This document shows positions 8,100 to 18,300 of a stretch of DNA of 52,841 nt, one piece after another (position 1 is the first letter of the stretch; every line of letters starts with the position of its first letter). The position numbers and the translations under genes are program-made. The notes under the pieces are model-generated. The model saw nothing but the letters and a program-made list of their open reading frames with translations, did not search any database and was not told the origin of the DNA. Origin of the DNA: Rhodobacterales bacterium (GTDB taxonomy: Bacteria > Pseudomonadota > Alphaproteobacteria > Rhodobacterales > Rhodobacteraceae); assembly GCA_031361245.1 (NCBI GenBank), contig JANMCI010000126.1:1-52841 (forward strand), written 5' to 3'.

Positions 8100-8879
8100 A
8101 TGAAAATCGCCACCTTCAACATCAACGGCATCCTCGCCCGCCATGACGCCCTCCTGTCTTGGCTGTACGAGGCCAAACCCGACGTGGTGTGCCTTCAGGA
8201 AACCAAGAAAGTGGACGCAGAATTCCCGCGCGAAGCGTTTGAGGCAATGGGCTACCGCGTGGAACTACACGGCATGAAAAGCTTCAACGGTGTCGCGATC
8301 CTCTCCAAATTGCCTCTAGAGGATGTCACCCGCCGCCTGGCCGGTGACAAGGCCGACGAGCACACCCGCTGGATCGAGGCGACCGTGATGGGCCGCCGCC
8401 CAGTCCGCGTCACCTCGCTTTATCTGCCCAACGGCAACCCGGCGCCCGGTCCGAAATTCGATTTCAAGCTCGCCTGGATGGAGCGGATGCGCCTGCGCGT
8501 GGCGGAACTGCTCAAATCCGAAGAGCCGCTGGTCTTTTGCGGCGATTACAACATCATCCCGCAGGCCGAGGATGCCGCCAACCCCAAGAACTGGCTGACC
8601 GACGCACTCTTCCTGCCCGAAAGCCGCGCCGCGTTTCAGCGCGTCGTCAACCTTGGCATGACCGAGGCGTTCCGCGCCTGTGATCAGCGACCCGGTCAAT
8701 ATTCCTATTGGGATTTCCAGCGCGGTGCCTGGGAAAAGAACGACGGCATCCGCATCGACCATCACCTTCTTTCACCCCAGGCCGCTGACCTTCTGCTGGA
8801 TGCCGGGATCGACAAACAGGTGCGGGGCCGCGAGAAACCCTCCGATCATGTGCCAGTGTGGATCGAACTCGACGCATGA
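8100..8879 (+). CDS. xth: Exodeoxyribonuclease III
   Basis: MKIATFNING, CLQETK, LYLPNG, CGDYN, GIRIDH, PSDHVPV. Confidence 0.96.
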   Translation: MKIATFNINGILARHDALLSWLYEAKPDVVCLQETKKVDAEFPREAFEAMGYRVELHGMKSFNGVAILSKLPLEDVTRRLAGDKADEHTRWIEATVMGRRPVRVTSLYLPNGNPAPGPKFDFKLAWMERMRLRVAELLKSEEPLVFCGDYNIIPQAEDAANPKNWLTDALFLPESRAAFQRVVNLGMTEAFRACDQRPGQYSYWDFQRGAWEKNDGIRIDHHLLSPQAADLLLDAGIDKQVRGREKPSDHVPVWIELDA

Positions 8880-10153
8880 GCTATCCGGCCACCTTCTACT
8901 CCCGGACCCTTACCGACCCCGCCACCCGTCCCGCCTTGTCCGGCGCCGTCGAAACCGACACAGTGATCGTCGGCGGCGGCCTCGCTGGCCTGACCACTGC
9001 GCTGGAACTGGCGCGGGAAGGCGTGTCGGTTGTCGTCCTCGAGTCTGAGTCCATCGGCTTCGGCGCTTCGGGCCGCAACGGCGGCATCGTCTCGCCCGCC
9101 TTCGCCTGCGGCGGCGATGCGATAGCCACCCGCGTCGGGCCGGAGGCCGCCCGCGCTCTCCACCGCCTGACCATCGAAGGCGTCCAGCGCCTGCGCACCA
9201 ACATCGACGCGCTTGGGATCACCGGGGCCGACCCGCTGCCCGGCCTTCTGAACCTGCGTCGCTTTGATCGGTCAGCAGATCTGCATTCCTATGCCGAGGA
9301 ATTCGCCCGCGATTATGGCTATCACTTCACCTATATGGATCGCGACGCCATCGCCGACAGACTGGCGACCGGGCGTTACCTCCATGGTTTGCGCGATGCG
9401 AATGCTTTCCACATCCACCCCCTCAACTACCTTCGCGGCATCGCGCAAGAAGTAGAACGCCTCGGTGGTCGGATTTTTGAACACAGCGCCGCCCTTGGCG
9501 TAGATCTCTCCACCACCAAGTCCATCCGCACTGCGCAGGGCAAGGTCAGCGCCCGTCGCGCTGTCTTTGCCACCGGGGGCTACACCGGCCCACTGATTCC
9601 ACGCCTCAAACACGCCGTTCTGCCTATCGCCACCTATATGATGTTGACTGAAGCCGCCCCCGACCTCTTGGCCCGGACCATCCAAACCCGCGAAGCGGTT
9701 CTTGATGACCGACGCGCCTCGGACTACTACCGCCGCGTCGACGGCGGCGCCCGTCTGCTTTGGGGAGGACGCATAACCACCCGTGCGGCTTCCCCAAGCG
9801 GGGTCGCCAAGGAACTGCGCGCGGCCATGCTGGACGTCTATCCCCAACTCGAACCCCTCAAAACCGAACTCGCCTGGTCCGGCCTCATGGCCTATGCCCG
9901 CCACCTCATGCCACAGATCGGCCAACTTCAGCCGGATGTCTGGCATATCACCGCATTCGGCGGCCACGGCCTCAACACCACCGCCGTCGCGGGCAAGATC
10001 CTGGCAGAAGCAATCCTTGATCAGTCCGAGCGCATTCGGATGTTCGCCCCCTTTGCTCTCAACTGGGCGGGCGGCCCGATTGGCCTCGCCGTGGCACAGC
10101 TTACGTATTGGGGTTTGCAGGCGCAGGACTGGTGGCGCGAACGCCTGTCGTGA
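8876..10153 (+). CDS. FAD-dependent oxidoreductase (DAO/PuuB-like)
   Basis: IVGGGLAGL, GASGRNGG, HPLNY, AFGGHG. ATGA overlap with the xth stop. Confidence 0.9.
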   Translation: MSYPATFYSRTLTDPATRPALSGAVETDTVIVGGGLAGLTTALELAREGVSVVVLESESIGFGASGRNGGIVSPAFACGGDAIATRVGPEAARALHRLTIEGVQRLRTNIDALGITGADPLPGLLNLRRFDRSADLHSYAEEFARDYGYHFTYMDRDAIADRLATGRYLHGLRDANAFHIHPLNYLRGIAQEVERLGGRIFEHSAALGVDLSTTKSIRTAQGKVSARRAVFATGGYTGPLIPRLKHAVLPIATYMMLTEAAPDLLARTIQTREAVLDDRRASDYYRRVDGGARLLWGGRITTRAASPSGVAKELRAAMLDVYPQLEPLKTELAWSGLMAYARHLMPQIGQLQPDVWHITAFGGHGLNTTAVAGKILAEAILDQSERIRMFAPFALNWAGGPIGLAVAQLTYWGLQAQDWWRERLS

Positions 10154-10159
10154 TGTTTT

Positions 10160-10207
10160 GCACCTTTGGAAATACTCCACCGGGGTCTGGGGGTGTGAAA
10201 CCCCCAG
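10160..10207. repeat. REP-like palindrome or bidirectional terminator between convergent genes
   Basis: Perfect 8-bp stem CTGGGGGT-GTGAA-ACCCCCAG at 10187-10207, preceded by GGAAATACTCC. Confidence 0.5.
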
Positions 10208-10220
10208 GCAGCATAGCAAC

Positions 10221-10574
10221 TCACACCGGCGTCAGACATGCCGCGATCCGCCGGCCTTCGCCCAAAAGCACGTTGTAGGTCCGGCAAGCCGCTGGCGAAT
10301 TCATCACCTCAACCCCGATCCCGGCTGTTTCCATCGCCTCGCGGAACGCGGCCGGCAAATGAGCGATTTCGGAACCGGTGCCCACCAGAAGGACATCTAT
10401 CTTGCCTAGCAAAGTCAGGGGAGTTTCGTTGTCTTCCATGCCCCCCCATGGTCCGGCATCCCAAGGCGTCACCATCACTGTTCCACGCAACACATGCGTG
10501 CCCACCCGAAAAAACCCCGGCCCATAGCCCTCGATCGCCAGAGCCTGACCATAGGTGATCTCGGTCAGCCGCAT
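10221..10574 (-). CDS. Mth938-like (DUF498) protein
   Basis: IEGYGPGFFRV, LLVGTG, EVMNSPAACRTYNVLLGEGRRIAA; lies downstream of secF. Confidence 0.92.
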   Translation of the reverse strand: MRLTEITYGQALAIEGYGPGFFRVGTHVLRGTVMVTPWDAGPWGGMEDNETPLTLLGKIDVLLVGTGSEIAHLPAAFREAMETAGIGVEVMNSPAACRTYNVLLGEGRRIAACLTPV

Positions 10575-10575
10575 G

Positions 10576-11556
10576 TCACGCCTCGATATTGGCGAATTCG
10601 TGATCGGCGCCCTTGCCGGTATTCTTGGGCTTGTCCGACCGGTCCAGCCCAAGGAACAGCACAAGGTTCTTGGCGACATAAACCGAGGAATAGGTGCCGA
10701 GAACCACCCCCACAAAGATCGCAAAACTGAAGCCGCGGATGACGTCGCCCCCCAGCCACAGCATCGCCCCAACGGCAATCAGCGTGGTGATCGAGGTCAT
10801 CAGCGTCCGGCTCAATGTTTCGTTCACTGACAGGTTCATCACCTCACGCAGCGGCATGGTCTTGTATTTGACGAGGTTCTCACGCAGCCGGTCAAACACC
10901 ACAACCGTGTCGTTGATCGAATAGCCAAGAATGGTCAGCAATGCCGCCACGATGGTGAGGTCGAATTTCAACTGAAACAACGCAAAGATGCCGACCGTGA
11001 TGAACACGTCGTGCAAAAGTGCCAGCACACCGCCCAGCGCGAATTGCCATTCAAACCGCAGCCACAGATAGGCCATGATCGCCAGCGACGTCACTGCCAG
11101 CGCGATGATCGACGAGGTCACCAGTTCGCCCGATACCTTCGGCCCCACCGTCTCGGTCGAGGTTACTTTCAGATTGGGGTCCATCGCCGCCAGCGCCGTC
11201 TTGACCTGATCCAGCATGTCCGCCGAGACCGCCGCATCGCCCTCCGCCGTCGAAATTCGGATCGAGGCGACATGCTGATCCGCCGCGAAAGATGGATCGA
11301 ACACCTCGTTCACCGCGACATCGCCAAGGTTCAGCCCCTCCAGCGTATGGCGGTAAAGCCCGGTGTCGATGACGGTGCTGCTTTCGGTGCGCAGCGTGGT
11401 GCCGCCCTTGAAATCAATCCCGAAATTCAGCCCCATCACCCCCCAGAACACGAAGGCTAGCACCATCAGCACCATGGAGCCACCGAAGGTCAGCCATTGA
11501 TGCTTGAAGAAGTTGATGTTGGTCTTTTCCGGGGCCAGTCGCAAACGCCATGCCAT
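10576..11556 (-). CDS. secF: Protein translocase subunit SecF
   Basis: LNFGIDFKGG, VGPKVSGEL, GYSINDTVVVFDRLREN, TLSRT. Confidence 0.97.
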   Translation of the reverse strand: MAWRLRLAPEKTNINFFKHQWLTFGGSMVLMVLAFVFWGVMGLNFGIDFKGGTTLRTESSTVIDTGLYRHTLEGLNLGDVAVNEVFDPSFAADQHVASIRISTAEGDAAVSADMLDQVKTALAAMDPNLKVTSTETVGPKVSGELVTSSIIALAVTSLAIMAYLWLRFEWQFALGGVLALLHDVFITVGIFALFQLKFDLTIVAALLTILGYSINDTVVVFDRLRENLVKYKTMPLREVMNLSVNETLSRTLMTSITTLIAVGAMLWLGGDVIRGFSFAIFVGVVLGTYSSVYVAKNLVLFLGLDRSDKPKNTGKGADHEFANIEA

Positions 11557-11564
11557 GGTGTGCC

Positions 11565-13244
11565 TCACACAATCATTGTCTTGGGCTTGCGCCAGTTGAA
11601 CCAGATCTCGATGATCAGCCGTGTCACATAGATGGCCGAGAAGACCGAGGTGATGATGCCGATGCCAAGGGCGACGGCAAAACCGCGCACCGGACCGGCG
11701 CCAAAGAAATATAGCACCACGGCTGTGATCAGCGTCGTCAAGTTGGCGTCTATGATGGCGCTCAAGGCACGCTCATAGCCGATCTCGATGGCCCGTGCCG
11801 GGGAATGGGCAGTGCGCAATTCCTCGCGTATCCGCTCATAGACCAGCACGTTGGCGTCCACCGCCATGCCGATTGTCAACACGATGCCGCCAATGCCGGG
11901 CAGCGTCAGTGTGCCGCCGATCATCGACAAGATGCCAAAGATCAGTCCCATGTTCAGCACCAGCGCAATCACTGCGAAGATCCCGAAAAGGCCGTAGCTC
12001 GCAATCATGAACACGCCAACCGCAACCATGCCGACCATCGCCGCGACCTTGCCGGCGTCAATCGAATCCTGGCCAAGCTCCGGGCCTACCGTGCGCTCTT
12101 CCAGAAATGTCATCTCCGCCGGAAGGGCGCCTGCACGCAGCAGAACGGCCAGATTGGTTGATTCCTCCAGCGTGAAGTTCCCCGTGATGATCCCCGATCC
12201 GCCAGTGATGGCGGTCTGGATTGTCGGCGCGGAAATCACCTTGTTGTCCAGCACGATCGCAAAGGGCTCGCCCACATGCGCACCGGTATATTCGCCGAAC
12301 TTCACCGCGCCCGTCCCATCGAATTTGAAGCTGACGGCTGGCCGGTTGTTCTGGTCGAAATCCGGCCGCGCGTCGGTCAGTTCCTCGCCCGTCACGACCG
12401 GGGTTTCGTCCAGAACGTAGAATTCGGCCGGGTTGTCGGCATCCTGCAGAAGGATGTTGTGCAGACCTGGCTCCTCGTTGGGATTGGTCGTGCGCCGGAC
12501 CACCGGGTTGAAGGTCAGCTTGGCCGTCGTGCCAATGATCGCCTTAAGCTCCTCGGCAGAACCGATCCCCGGCACTTCGATCAGAATGCGGTCCGTGCCT
12601 TGCCGCAGGATCGACGGCTCGCGTGTGCCTGCTGCATCAACGCGTTTGCGGATGATTTCCAGCGATTGCTGCATCGTGCGGTTGTCTGTCGCCAACTTTT
12701 CCGCGTCTGACAGGCTGATCACGATGACTTGCCCGTCCAGTACCACATTGATATCCGTCTCGCCCACTCCGGTCAGCGAAACCACGTTCGACGCCAGCCC
12801 CTTCAGTTTTTCCATTGCGGCCGGAAGCCCTTCGGGTTTGGACACCGAAATGCGCAGCACGTCCGGCTCGGACGCTTCGCGGCGGACCGGCCCCACCGTA
12901 TCACGGATCTCTTTCAGCGCATCCCGTGCCTCAGGCCAAAGGGTGTTCATCCTCTGTTTGTAGACATCCGCCAGCTTGACCTCCGCCAGAAGGTGCGCAC
13001 CGCCGCGCAGGTCAAGGCCCAGATTGACCAGCGACGACGGAAGCCAAGAAGGCCAGCTCTCAGTCGCCGCTTGTTGCTCCGGCGTCACCGCCTGACCGGC
13101 CTTTGCGGCCTCGGTAACGGCTACGACAGCGTCGTTTCGGGTCTCCACCTGCGTGTAAAACAGGTTCGGCACAGCCATGGTCACGCCAAGCGCAACCAAA
13201 GCCCAGATGAAGATGCGCTTCCAGAGCGGGGTGTGCAATTGCAT
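11565..13244 (-). CDS. secD: Protein translocase subunit SecD
   Basis: LGLDLRGG, LLRAGALPA, VGPELG, GMAVDANVLVYERIREE. Confidence 0.97.
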   Translation of the reverse strand: MQLHTPLWKRIFIWALVALGVTMAVPNLFYTQVETRNDAVVAVTEAAKAGQAVTPEQQAATESWPSWLPSSLVNLGLDLRGGAHLLAEVKLADVYKQRMNTLWPEARDALKEIRDTVGPVRREASEPDVLRISVSKPEGLPAAMEKLKGLASNVVSLTGVGETDINVVLDGQVIVISLSDAEKLATDNRTMQQSLEIIRKRVDAAGTREPSILRQGTDRILIEVPGIGSAEELKAIIGTTAKLTFNPVVRRTTNPNEEPGLHNILLQDADNPAEFYVLDETPVVTGEELTDARPDFDQNNRPAVSFKFDGTGAVKFGEYTGAHVGEPFAIVLDNKVISAPTIQTAITGGSGIITGNFTLEESTNLAVLLRAGALPAEMTFLEERTVGPELGQDSIDAGKVAAMVGMVAVGVFMIASYGLFGIFAVIALVLNMGLIFGILSMIGGTLTLPGIGGIVLTIGMAVDANVLVYERIREELRTAHSPARAIEIGYERALSAIIDANLTTLITAVVLYFFGAGPVRGFAVALGIGIITSVFSAIYVTRLIIEIWFNWRKPKTMIV

Positions 13245-13252
13245 GTTGGTAC

Positions 13253-13582
13253 TCAGGAAGCGGCCGGTTCGGTCTTGGACATCACCTGGCTGATTGTCGA
13301 CTTCACAATCTTCACCTTGACGCCATCGGCGATCTCGACTTCGACGATGTTGTCGTCGCCGACCTTGGTGACCTTGCCAATGATCCCGCCAGACGTCAGC
13401 ACCTGATCGCCCCGGCGCACTGCCTCGACCATCGCCTTCAGGTCACGCATTTTCTTTTGTTGAGGGCGGATCAGCAGGAAATACATGATCCCGAATATCA
13501 GAACCAAGGGCAACATGCTGCCAATCAGCGATCCGGTGCCGGCGGCACCTGCAGCCTGAGCATAGGCGGGAGTAACGAACAT
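13253..13582 (-). CDS. yajC: Preprotein translocase subunit YajC
   Basis: YFLLIRPQQKK, RRGDQVLTSGGIIG; upstream of secD. Confidence 0.96.
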   Translation of the reverse strand: MFVTPAYAQAAGAAGTGSLIGSMLPLVLIFGIMYFLLIRPQQKKMRDLKAMVEAVRRGDQVLTSGGIIGKVTKVGDDNIVEVEIADGVKVKIVKSTISQVMSKTEPAAS

Positions 13583-13654
13583 GCGGTCCTCATCGGTCAA
13601 AAGGGATCAGGCCGCCGGTTTTGGGCGGGCCCGTTGATTTTGCGGGCACCCTAC

Positions 13655-13682
13655 AGATGGGGGCCGGAATGCGCAAGGCAAG
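13655..13682 (-). promoter_or_regulatory. Possible RpoH-type promoter for yajC-secDF
   Basis: Minus strand CTTG-N17-CCCATCT. Confidence 0.35.
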
Positions 13683-13710
13683 GCGTCGCCCTGTCCAAAC
13701 GGATTGGACC

Positions 13711-14523
13711 TCAGGCCGATGCGACCACGACCAGCGCCTGGAGAGAAGCACTGAACGGTCCATCGCCGAAACGTCGCCGCAGAGCTGTCTCCGCAGCCTC
13801 GGTTACCACCGCCAGATCCTCTGGATTGCGCCCTACGATCTCCATCCTTACCGGCGTACCCTGCACCAACGCAACAGCAGCCGCCCGTGCGCTTTCGGCC
13901 CGCCCCGTCCGTGTCAAAGCTTCAATCTTGACGTTGGAAAAGCCCGCCTCAGTCAAGTCGGCCCTGATCCGGTTGCGGTCATGATAGCCAAACGGAACTC
14001 GCCGGAAGAAGTCCGAATTCTCTGAGCCGAAATGGCCAGCCACGACATCTCCGACCACTTCGGATACCGGATTGTGGGCCAGCTGATCCCAAACGTTAAA
14101 TATGAAAGGGGCGCCTGGCTTCAGGACCCGCCGCGCTTCGGCGAGACCGCGGCGCTTGTCGGGAAAGAACATGATGCCAAACTGACAGAAAAGGACGTCA
14201 AAAACGTCTTCCTCAAATGGCAGATTCTGGGCATCGGCCGTCGCCCATTCGATGCGCTCGTCCTGCGGCTGCCGTGCCCGTGCCCTTTCCAGCATCGGCG
14301 GGTTCAGATCGGAAACCACATACCGGACCTGCGGTCTGAGAAGCGGTGCCAGCACCCGCGTCACGACACCGGACCCTGCCGCAGTCTCAAGTATCGTCCC
14401 GGGGTTCAAGACCGCAACGCGCGCTGCCATATCTTCTGCGAAGGGCTGGAACATCAACGGGACCATCAGCGAGTCATAGATCTCCGGGATCGCACCTACG
14501 AACTTTGCATCACTCTCGGACAT
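13711..14523 (-). CDS. Class I SAM-dependent methyltransferase (UbiE-like)
   Basis: ILETAAGSG, SDLNPPML, ADAQNLPF, CQFGIMFFPD, RVLKPG. AGGGG RBS before MSESD. Confidence 0.9.
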   Translation of the reverse strand: MSESDAKFVGAIPEIYDSLMVPLMFQPFAEDMAARVAVLNPGTILETAAGSGVVTRVLAPLLRPQVRYVVSDLNPPMLERARARQPQDERIEWATADAQNLPFEEDVFDVLFCQFGIMFFPDKRRGLAEARRVLKPGAPFIFNVWDQLAHNPVSEVVGDVVAGHFGSENSDFFRRVPFGYHDRNRIRADLTEAGFSNVKIEALTRTGRAESARAAAVALVQGTPVRMEIVGRNPEDLAVVTEAAETALRRRFGDGPFSASLQALVVVASA

Positions 14524-14762
14524 GTCAAATCCCCTCTGAAAATAGCCTGAATGCGAGCAGACTGTGCCCAATCGGGCTGCGGCACAAATGAATTTACATC
14601 GTTGGGATGCAGCCCGGCGGGCGTGTCTGAATCGCTCCGCTTGCCCAGGAGGCCGCCAGACGGAACGGGACAGAGATCCTCAGTGAAACCGACCGGATTT
14701 TCCCGCTTTTCCATGTCCCGGCAATCAGGCATACGTCGGCCAGCAACTGCGAGAGGTTCATC

Positions 14763-16052
14763 ATGCACGACATCCGCGCCATCCGTGAAAATCCCGCCGC
14801 CTTTGATGCGGCTCTCTCACGTCGTGGCATTTCCGGGATGTCAGCTGAGCTTCTGCTGCTGGACGAGGCGCGTCGCTCCGCGATCAAAATGGCGGAGGAT
14901 GCAAAAGCTTCAATTAACTCGCTTTCGAGGGACGCTGGCGCAGCAAAAGCTCGTGGAGTGGAGGGTGACTTCAACCGAATTCGTGGGTTAGTAGTCGAGC
15001 GCAAGGAAGCATCGGACAACTCCTTAAAGGAAGCTGCGGCTCTCGACGCAAGACTGAAGGACGCGCTGATGCGCATCCCCAATCTGCCGCTGGACGAGGT
15101 GCCCATTGGCAAGAACGAGGATGACAACGTCGAAATCCGCCGGTGGGGCAACCCGCGCAATTTCGACTTTGTGCCCAAGGAACACTTTGAAATCAAGGGC
15201 GTGCAACCCGGCATGGATTTCGAGACGGCCGCGAAACTGTCAGGCGCCCGCTTTGTCGTCCTCAAAGGCGCGGTGATCCGCGTCCACCGTGCCTTGGCGC
15301 AGTTCATGCTCGACACCCATGTCGAAGTCCACGGCCTTCTGGAAACCTGGACCCCGGTTCTGGTCAAGGAAGAAGCGATGTACGGGACAAATCAGTTGCC
15401 CAAATTCGCTGAGGACAGCTATCAGACCACCAACGGATGGTGGTTGATCCCGACGTCCGAAGTCACTCTCACAAACTCCGTCGCTGGCGACATTCTTGAG
15501 GAAAACCAACTTCCAATTCGCATGACCGCGCATACCCAATGCTTCCGCTCCGAGGCTGGCTCGGCAGGTAAAGACACGACCGGGATGTTGCGCCAGCATC
15601 AGTTCGAGAAAGTCGAGATGGTGACGATTTGCGCACCCGAGGCCGCCCTGGCCGAACACGAGCGCATGACCAAATGTGCCGAGGCGATACTGGAGAAACT
15701 GGGCATCCCCTACCGCACCATTGTTTTGTGCACGGGCGACATAGGCTTTGGCGCGCAAAAAACCCATGATCTGGAAGCTTGGTTGCCCGGTCAGAATAAA
15801 TACCGTGAAATCAGTTCCGTAAGCACCTGCGGCACTTTCCAGGCCCGCCGGATGAACGCCCGGTTTCGCACCGCCGGGGGCAAACCGGAATATGTTGCCA
15901 CCCTCAACGGGTCTGGCCTGGCCGTGGGGCGCTGCCTGATTGCGGTTCTGGAAAACGGCCAGCAGGCCGACGGTTCGGTCACCCTTCCCGCCGTCTTGTA
16001 CCCCTATTTGGGTGGCAAGACCCGCATTTCAGCCTATGGTGGGCTAGAGTGA
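14763..16052 (+). CDS. serS: Serine--tRNA ligase
   Basis: [46 protein letters not shown]. Confidence 0.98.
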   Translation: MHDIRAIRENPAAFDAALSRRGISGMSAELLLLDEARRSAIKMAEDAKASINSLSRDAGAAKARGVEGDFNRIRGLVVERKEASDNSLKEAAALDARLKDALMRIPNLPLDEVPIGKNEDDNVEIRRWGNPRNFDFVPKEHFEIKGVQPGMDFETAAKLSGARFVVLKGAVIRVHRALAQFMLDTHVEVHGLLETWTPVLVKEEAMYGTNQLPKFAEDSYQTTNGWWLIPTSEVTLTNSVAGDILEENQLPIRMTAHTQCFRSEAGSAGKDTTGMLRQHQFEKVEMVTICAPEAALAEHERMTKCAEAILEKLGIPYRTIVLCTGDIGFGAQKTHDLEAWLPGQNKYREISSVSTCGTFQARRMNARFRTAGGKPEYVATLNGSGLAVGRCLIAVLENGQQADGSVTLPAVLYPYLGGKTRISAYGGLE

Positions 16053-16083
16053 TCCAATCATGCTGAGCGCACGTATCAAAAAC

Positions 16084-16779
16084 ATGCGCGCATTCATCAT
16101 CCTCCTCGCCACCGCAGCTTTCATCGCCGCACCCTTCGTGACACCGCCGTTCATGGGGTATGATCCGGGGCTGTTCCCGGTGTATATTGACCGCCCGTCT
16201 ATCCAACCCGCTGGCTATGCCTTCGCAATCTGGGGTGTAATATACCTCTGGCTGTTGGTCAGCGCTGTGTTTGGCCTCCTACGCCGCGACGATGTGTCTT
16301 GGCGGCGTACCGCCATCTGGCATTTCGGCGCACTGACATTGGGCACGATCTGGCTTGCCATTGCCAACGGCTATCCTTTGACCGCCACTGCTACGATTAT
16401 CGTGATGGCGGGGTTTGCGCTCGCCGCATTCCTGGCTGCCAACCCGATCAAGGACCGCTGGTGGCTTCAGGCGCCGTTGGGTTTGTTCGCAGGGTGGCTG
16501 ACGGCCGCATCCATGGTATCACTCGGTGTTGTCGTTTCGGGTTACGGTCTGCTGTCTGATACGACAACGGCAATGGCGATGCTGACGGCGATACTTGCGG
16601 CCGCGATCCTGGTCCAGACGCGTCGCCCGACCATGCCAACCTATTCAGCATCGGTTGTCTGGGCCGCTATCGGTGTGGCTGTGGTGAATTGGGGCCCCAA
16701 CCCACCCGTCGCCATTGCAGCGCTGCTGGGTGCCGCCTTGCAAACCGCAGTTGCGGCACGGGCGTTCTTCCGGCGCTAG
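16084..16779 (+). CDS. Integral membrane protein (TspO-like, tryptophan-rich)
   Basis: IQPAGYAFAIWGVIYLWL and PLGLFAGWLTAA; about 7-8 hydrophobic helices. Confidence 0.7.
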   Translation: MRAFIILLATAAFIAAPFVTPPFMGYDPGLFPVYIDRPSIQPAGYAFAIWGVIYLWLLVSAVFGLLRRDDVSWRRTAIWHFGALTLGTIWLAIANGYPLTATATIIVMAGFALAAFLAANPIKDRWWLQAPLGLFAGWLTAASMVSLGVVVSGYGLLSDTTTAMAMLTAILAAAILVQTRRPTMPTYSASVVWAAIGVAVVNWGPNPPVAIAALLGAALQTAVAARAFFRR

Positions 16780-16792
16780 AAGTGCAACTGTC

Positions 16793-18253
16793 TCATTCCC
16801 CGGTGTTTTTGTCCTTGTGCTTGCGCAGTCTGGAAGGGGTATGAAATTTGGGGTTCCGGAACGGGTTCTTGTCGCCCTGACTGCGGAACGTCACCCGGAT
16901 CGGAACGCCCGGCAAATCAAAGTGATCGCGCAACCCATTGACCAAATAGCGTTTATAGCTTTCCGGCATGTCTTCTGGATGGCTGCACATCACGATGAAA
17001 CCCGGTGGCCTCGTCTTGACCTGAGTCATATAGCGCAGCTTGATCCGCCGCCCGCCCGGTGCCGGTGGCGGATGCGCCTCGACCATTGCCGCAAGCCATG
17101 AGTTCAGCCGAGCCGTGGGAATTCTGCGATTCCAGACTTCGTGGACTTTGAGCACTGCATCGTGTAACCGGTCCAACCCCCGTCCGGTCTTGCCCGACAC
17201 CGTAATCAACGGCGCGCCGCGCAACTGTGGCAACAACCGCTCGAACATCTCTTTCAGTTCAGCCAGCTTTTCCTGCTTTTCGCCCTCAAGATCCCACTTG
17301 TTGATGGCCACCACCACCGCCCGGCCCTCGGTCTCGGCAAAGTCGGCAATTCTAAGGTCCTGAACCTCAAAGGAAATCTCGACATCCAGCAAGACGACGA
17401 CAACCTCGGCAAAGCGTACGGCGCGCAGGCCGTCAGAGACCGACAGTTTTTCCAGCTTTTCGACAACTTTAGCCTTCTTGCGCATCCCAGCCGTATCAAA
17501 CACCCGGATCGGCGTGCCCATCCATTCAGCACGGACTGAGATTGCGTCTCGTGTGATGCCCGCCTCGGGCCCCGTCAACAAACGGTCATAGCCAAGAATC
17601 TTGTTGATCAGCGTGGACTTGCCGGCATTCGGTCGCCCGATGACGGCCATCTGCAAAGGCTTGTTGTCCGAGGGTGCCCAAGAATGGTCGTCATCGCCGG
17701 TGTCATCCTCAACATCCACCTCGGTTTCAGGCGTGTTCTCGGCATGACGTTCGGCAAATTCGCCTTCCAAAGGCTTGAGAAGACGATACAAATCATCCAT
17801 CCCCTCACCGTGCTCCGCAGACAGCCGCACTGGCTCTCCAAGACCGAGTGACCAGCCTTCAAGCGCGCCCGAGTCTCCCGCCTTTCCTTCCGCTTTGTTG
17901 ACGCCCAAGATCACTCTGGCGCCCTTCTTCCGCAGGATGTCGGCAAAGGTCTCGTCTGACGGGGTCACTCCGATCCGCCCGTCGATCAGGAAAAGGCTGA
18001 CATCGGCCATCTCGACAGCTCGCTCGGTCAACCGCCGCATCCGCCCTTGAAGGCTGTCGTCTGTGACTTCCTCCAGACCTGCCGTGTCAATGACGGTAAA
18101 GCGCAGGTCAAACAGCTTGGCGTCGCCTTCGCGCAGGTCACGGGTCACGCCAGGCTGGTCATCGACCAACGCCAGCTTGCGGCCGACCAGCCGGTTGAAC
18201 AGGGTCGACTTGCCGACATTCGGGCGGCCCACGATGGCGAGGGTAAAGCTCAT
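16793..18253 (-). CDS. der: Ribosome biogenesis GTPase Der
   Basis: Two G domains: [16 protein letters not shown] and [16 protein letters not shown]. Confidence 0.98.
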   Translation of the reverse strand: MSFTLAIVGRPNVGKSTLFNRLVGRKLALVDDQPGVTRDLREGDAKLFDLRFTVIDTAGLEEVTDDSLQGRMRRLTERAVEMADVSLFLIDGRIGVTPSDETFADILRKKGARVILGVNKAEGKAGDSGALEGWSLGLGEPVRLSAEHGEGMDDLYRLLKPLEGEFAERHAENTPETEVDVEDDTGDDDHSWAPSDNKPLQMAVIGRPNAGKSTLINKILGYDRLLTGPEAGITRDAISVRAEWMGTPIRVFDTAGMRKKAKVVEKLEKLSVSDGLRAVRFAEVVVVLLDVEISFEVQDLRIADFAETEGRAVVVAINKWDLEGEKQEKLAELKEMFERLLPQLRGAPLITVSGKTGRGLDRLHDAVLKVHEVWNRRIPTARLNSWLAAMVEAHPPPAPGGRRIKLRYMTQVKTRPPGFIVMCSHPEDMPESYKRYLVNGLRDHFDLPGVPIRVTFRSQGDKNPFRNPKFHTPSRLRKHKDKNTGE

Positions 18254-18300
18254 GGCGTCATCTTTTCCTAAAGAAGCGTTCCCCTTACACGGGTGCGCGC

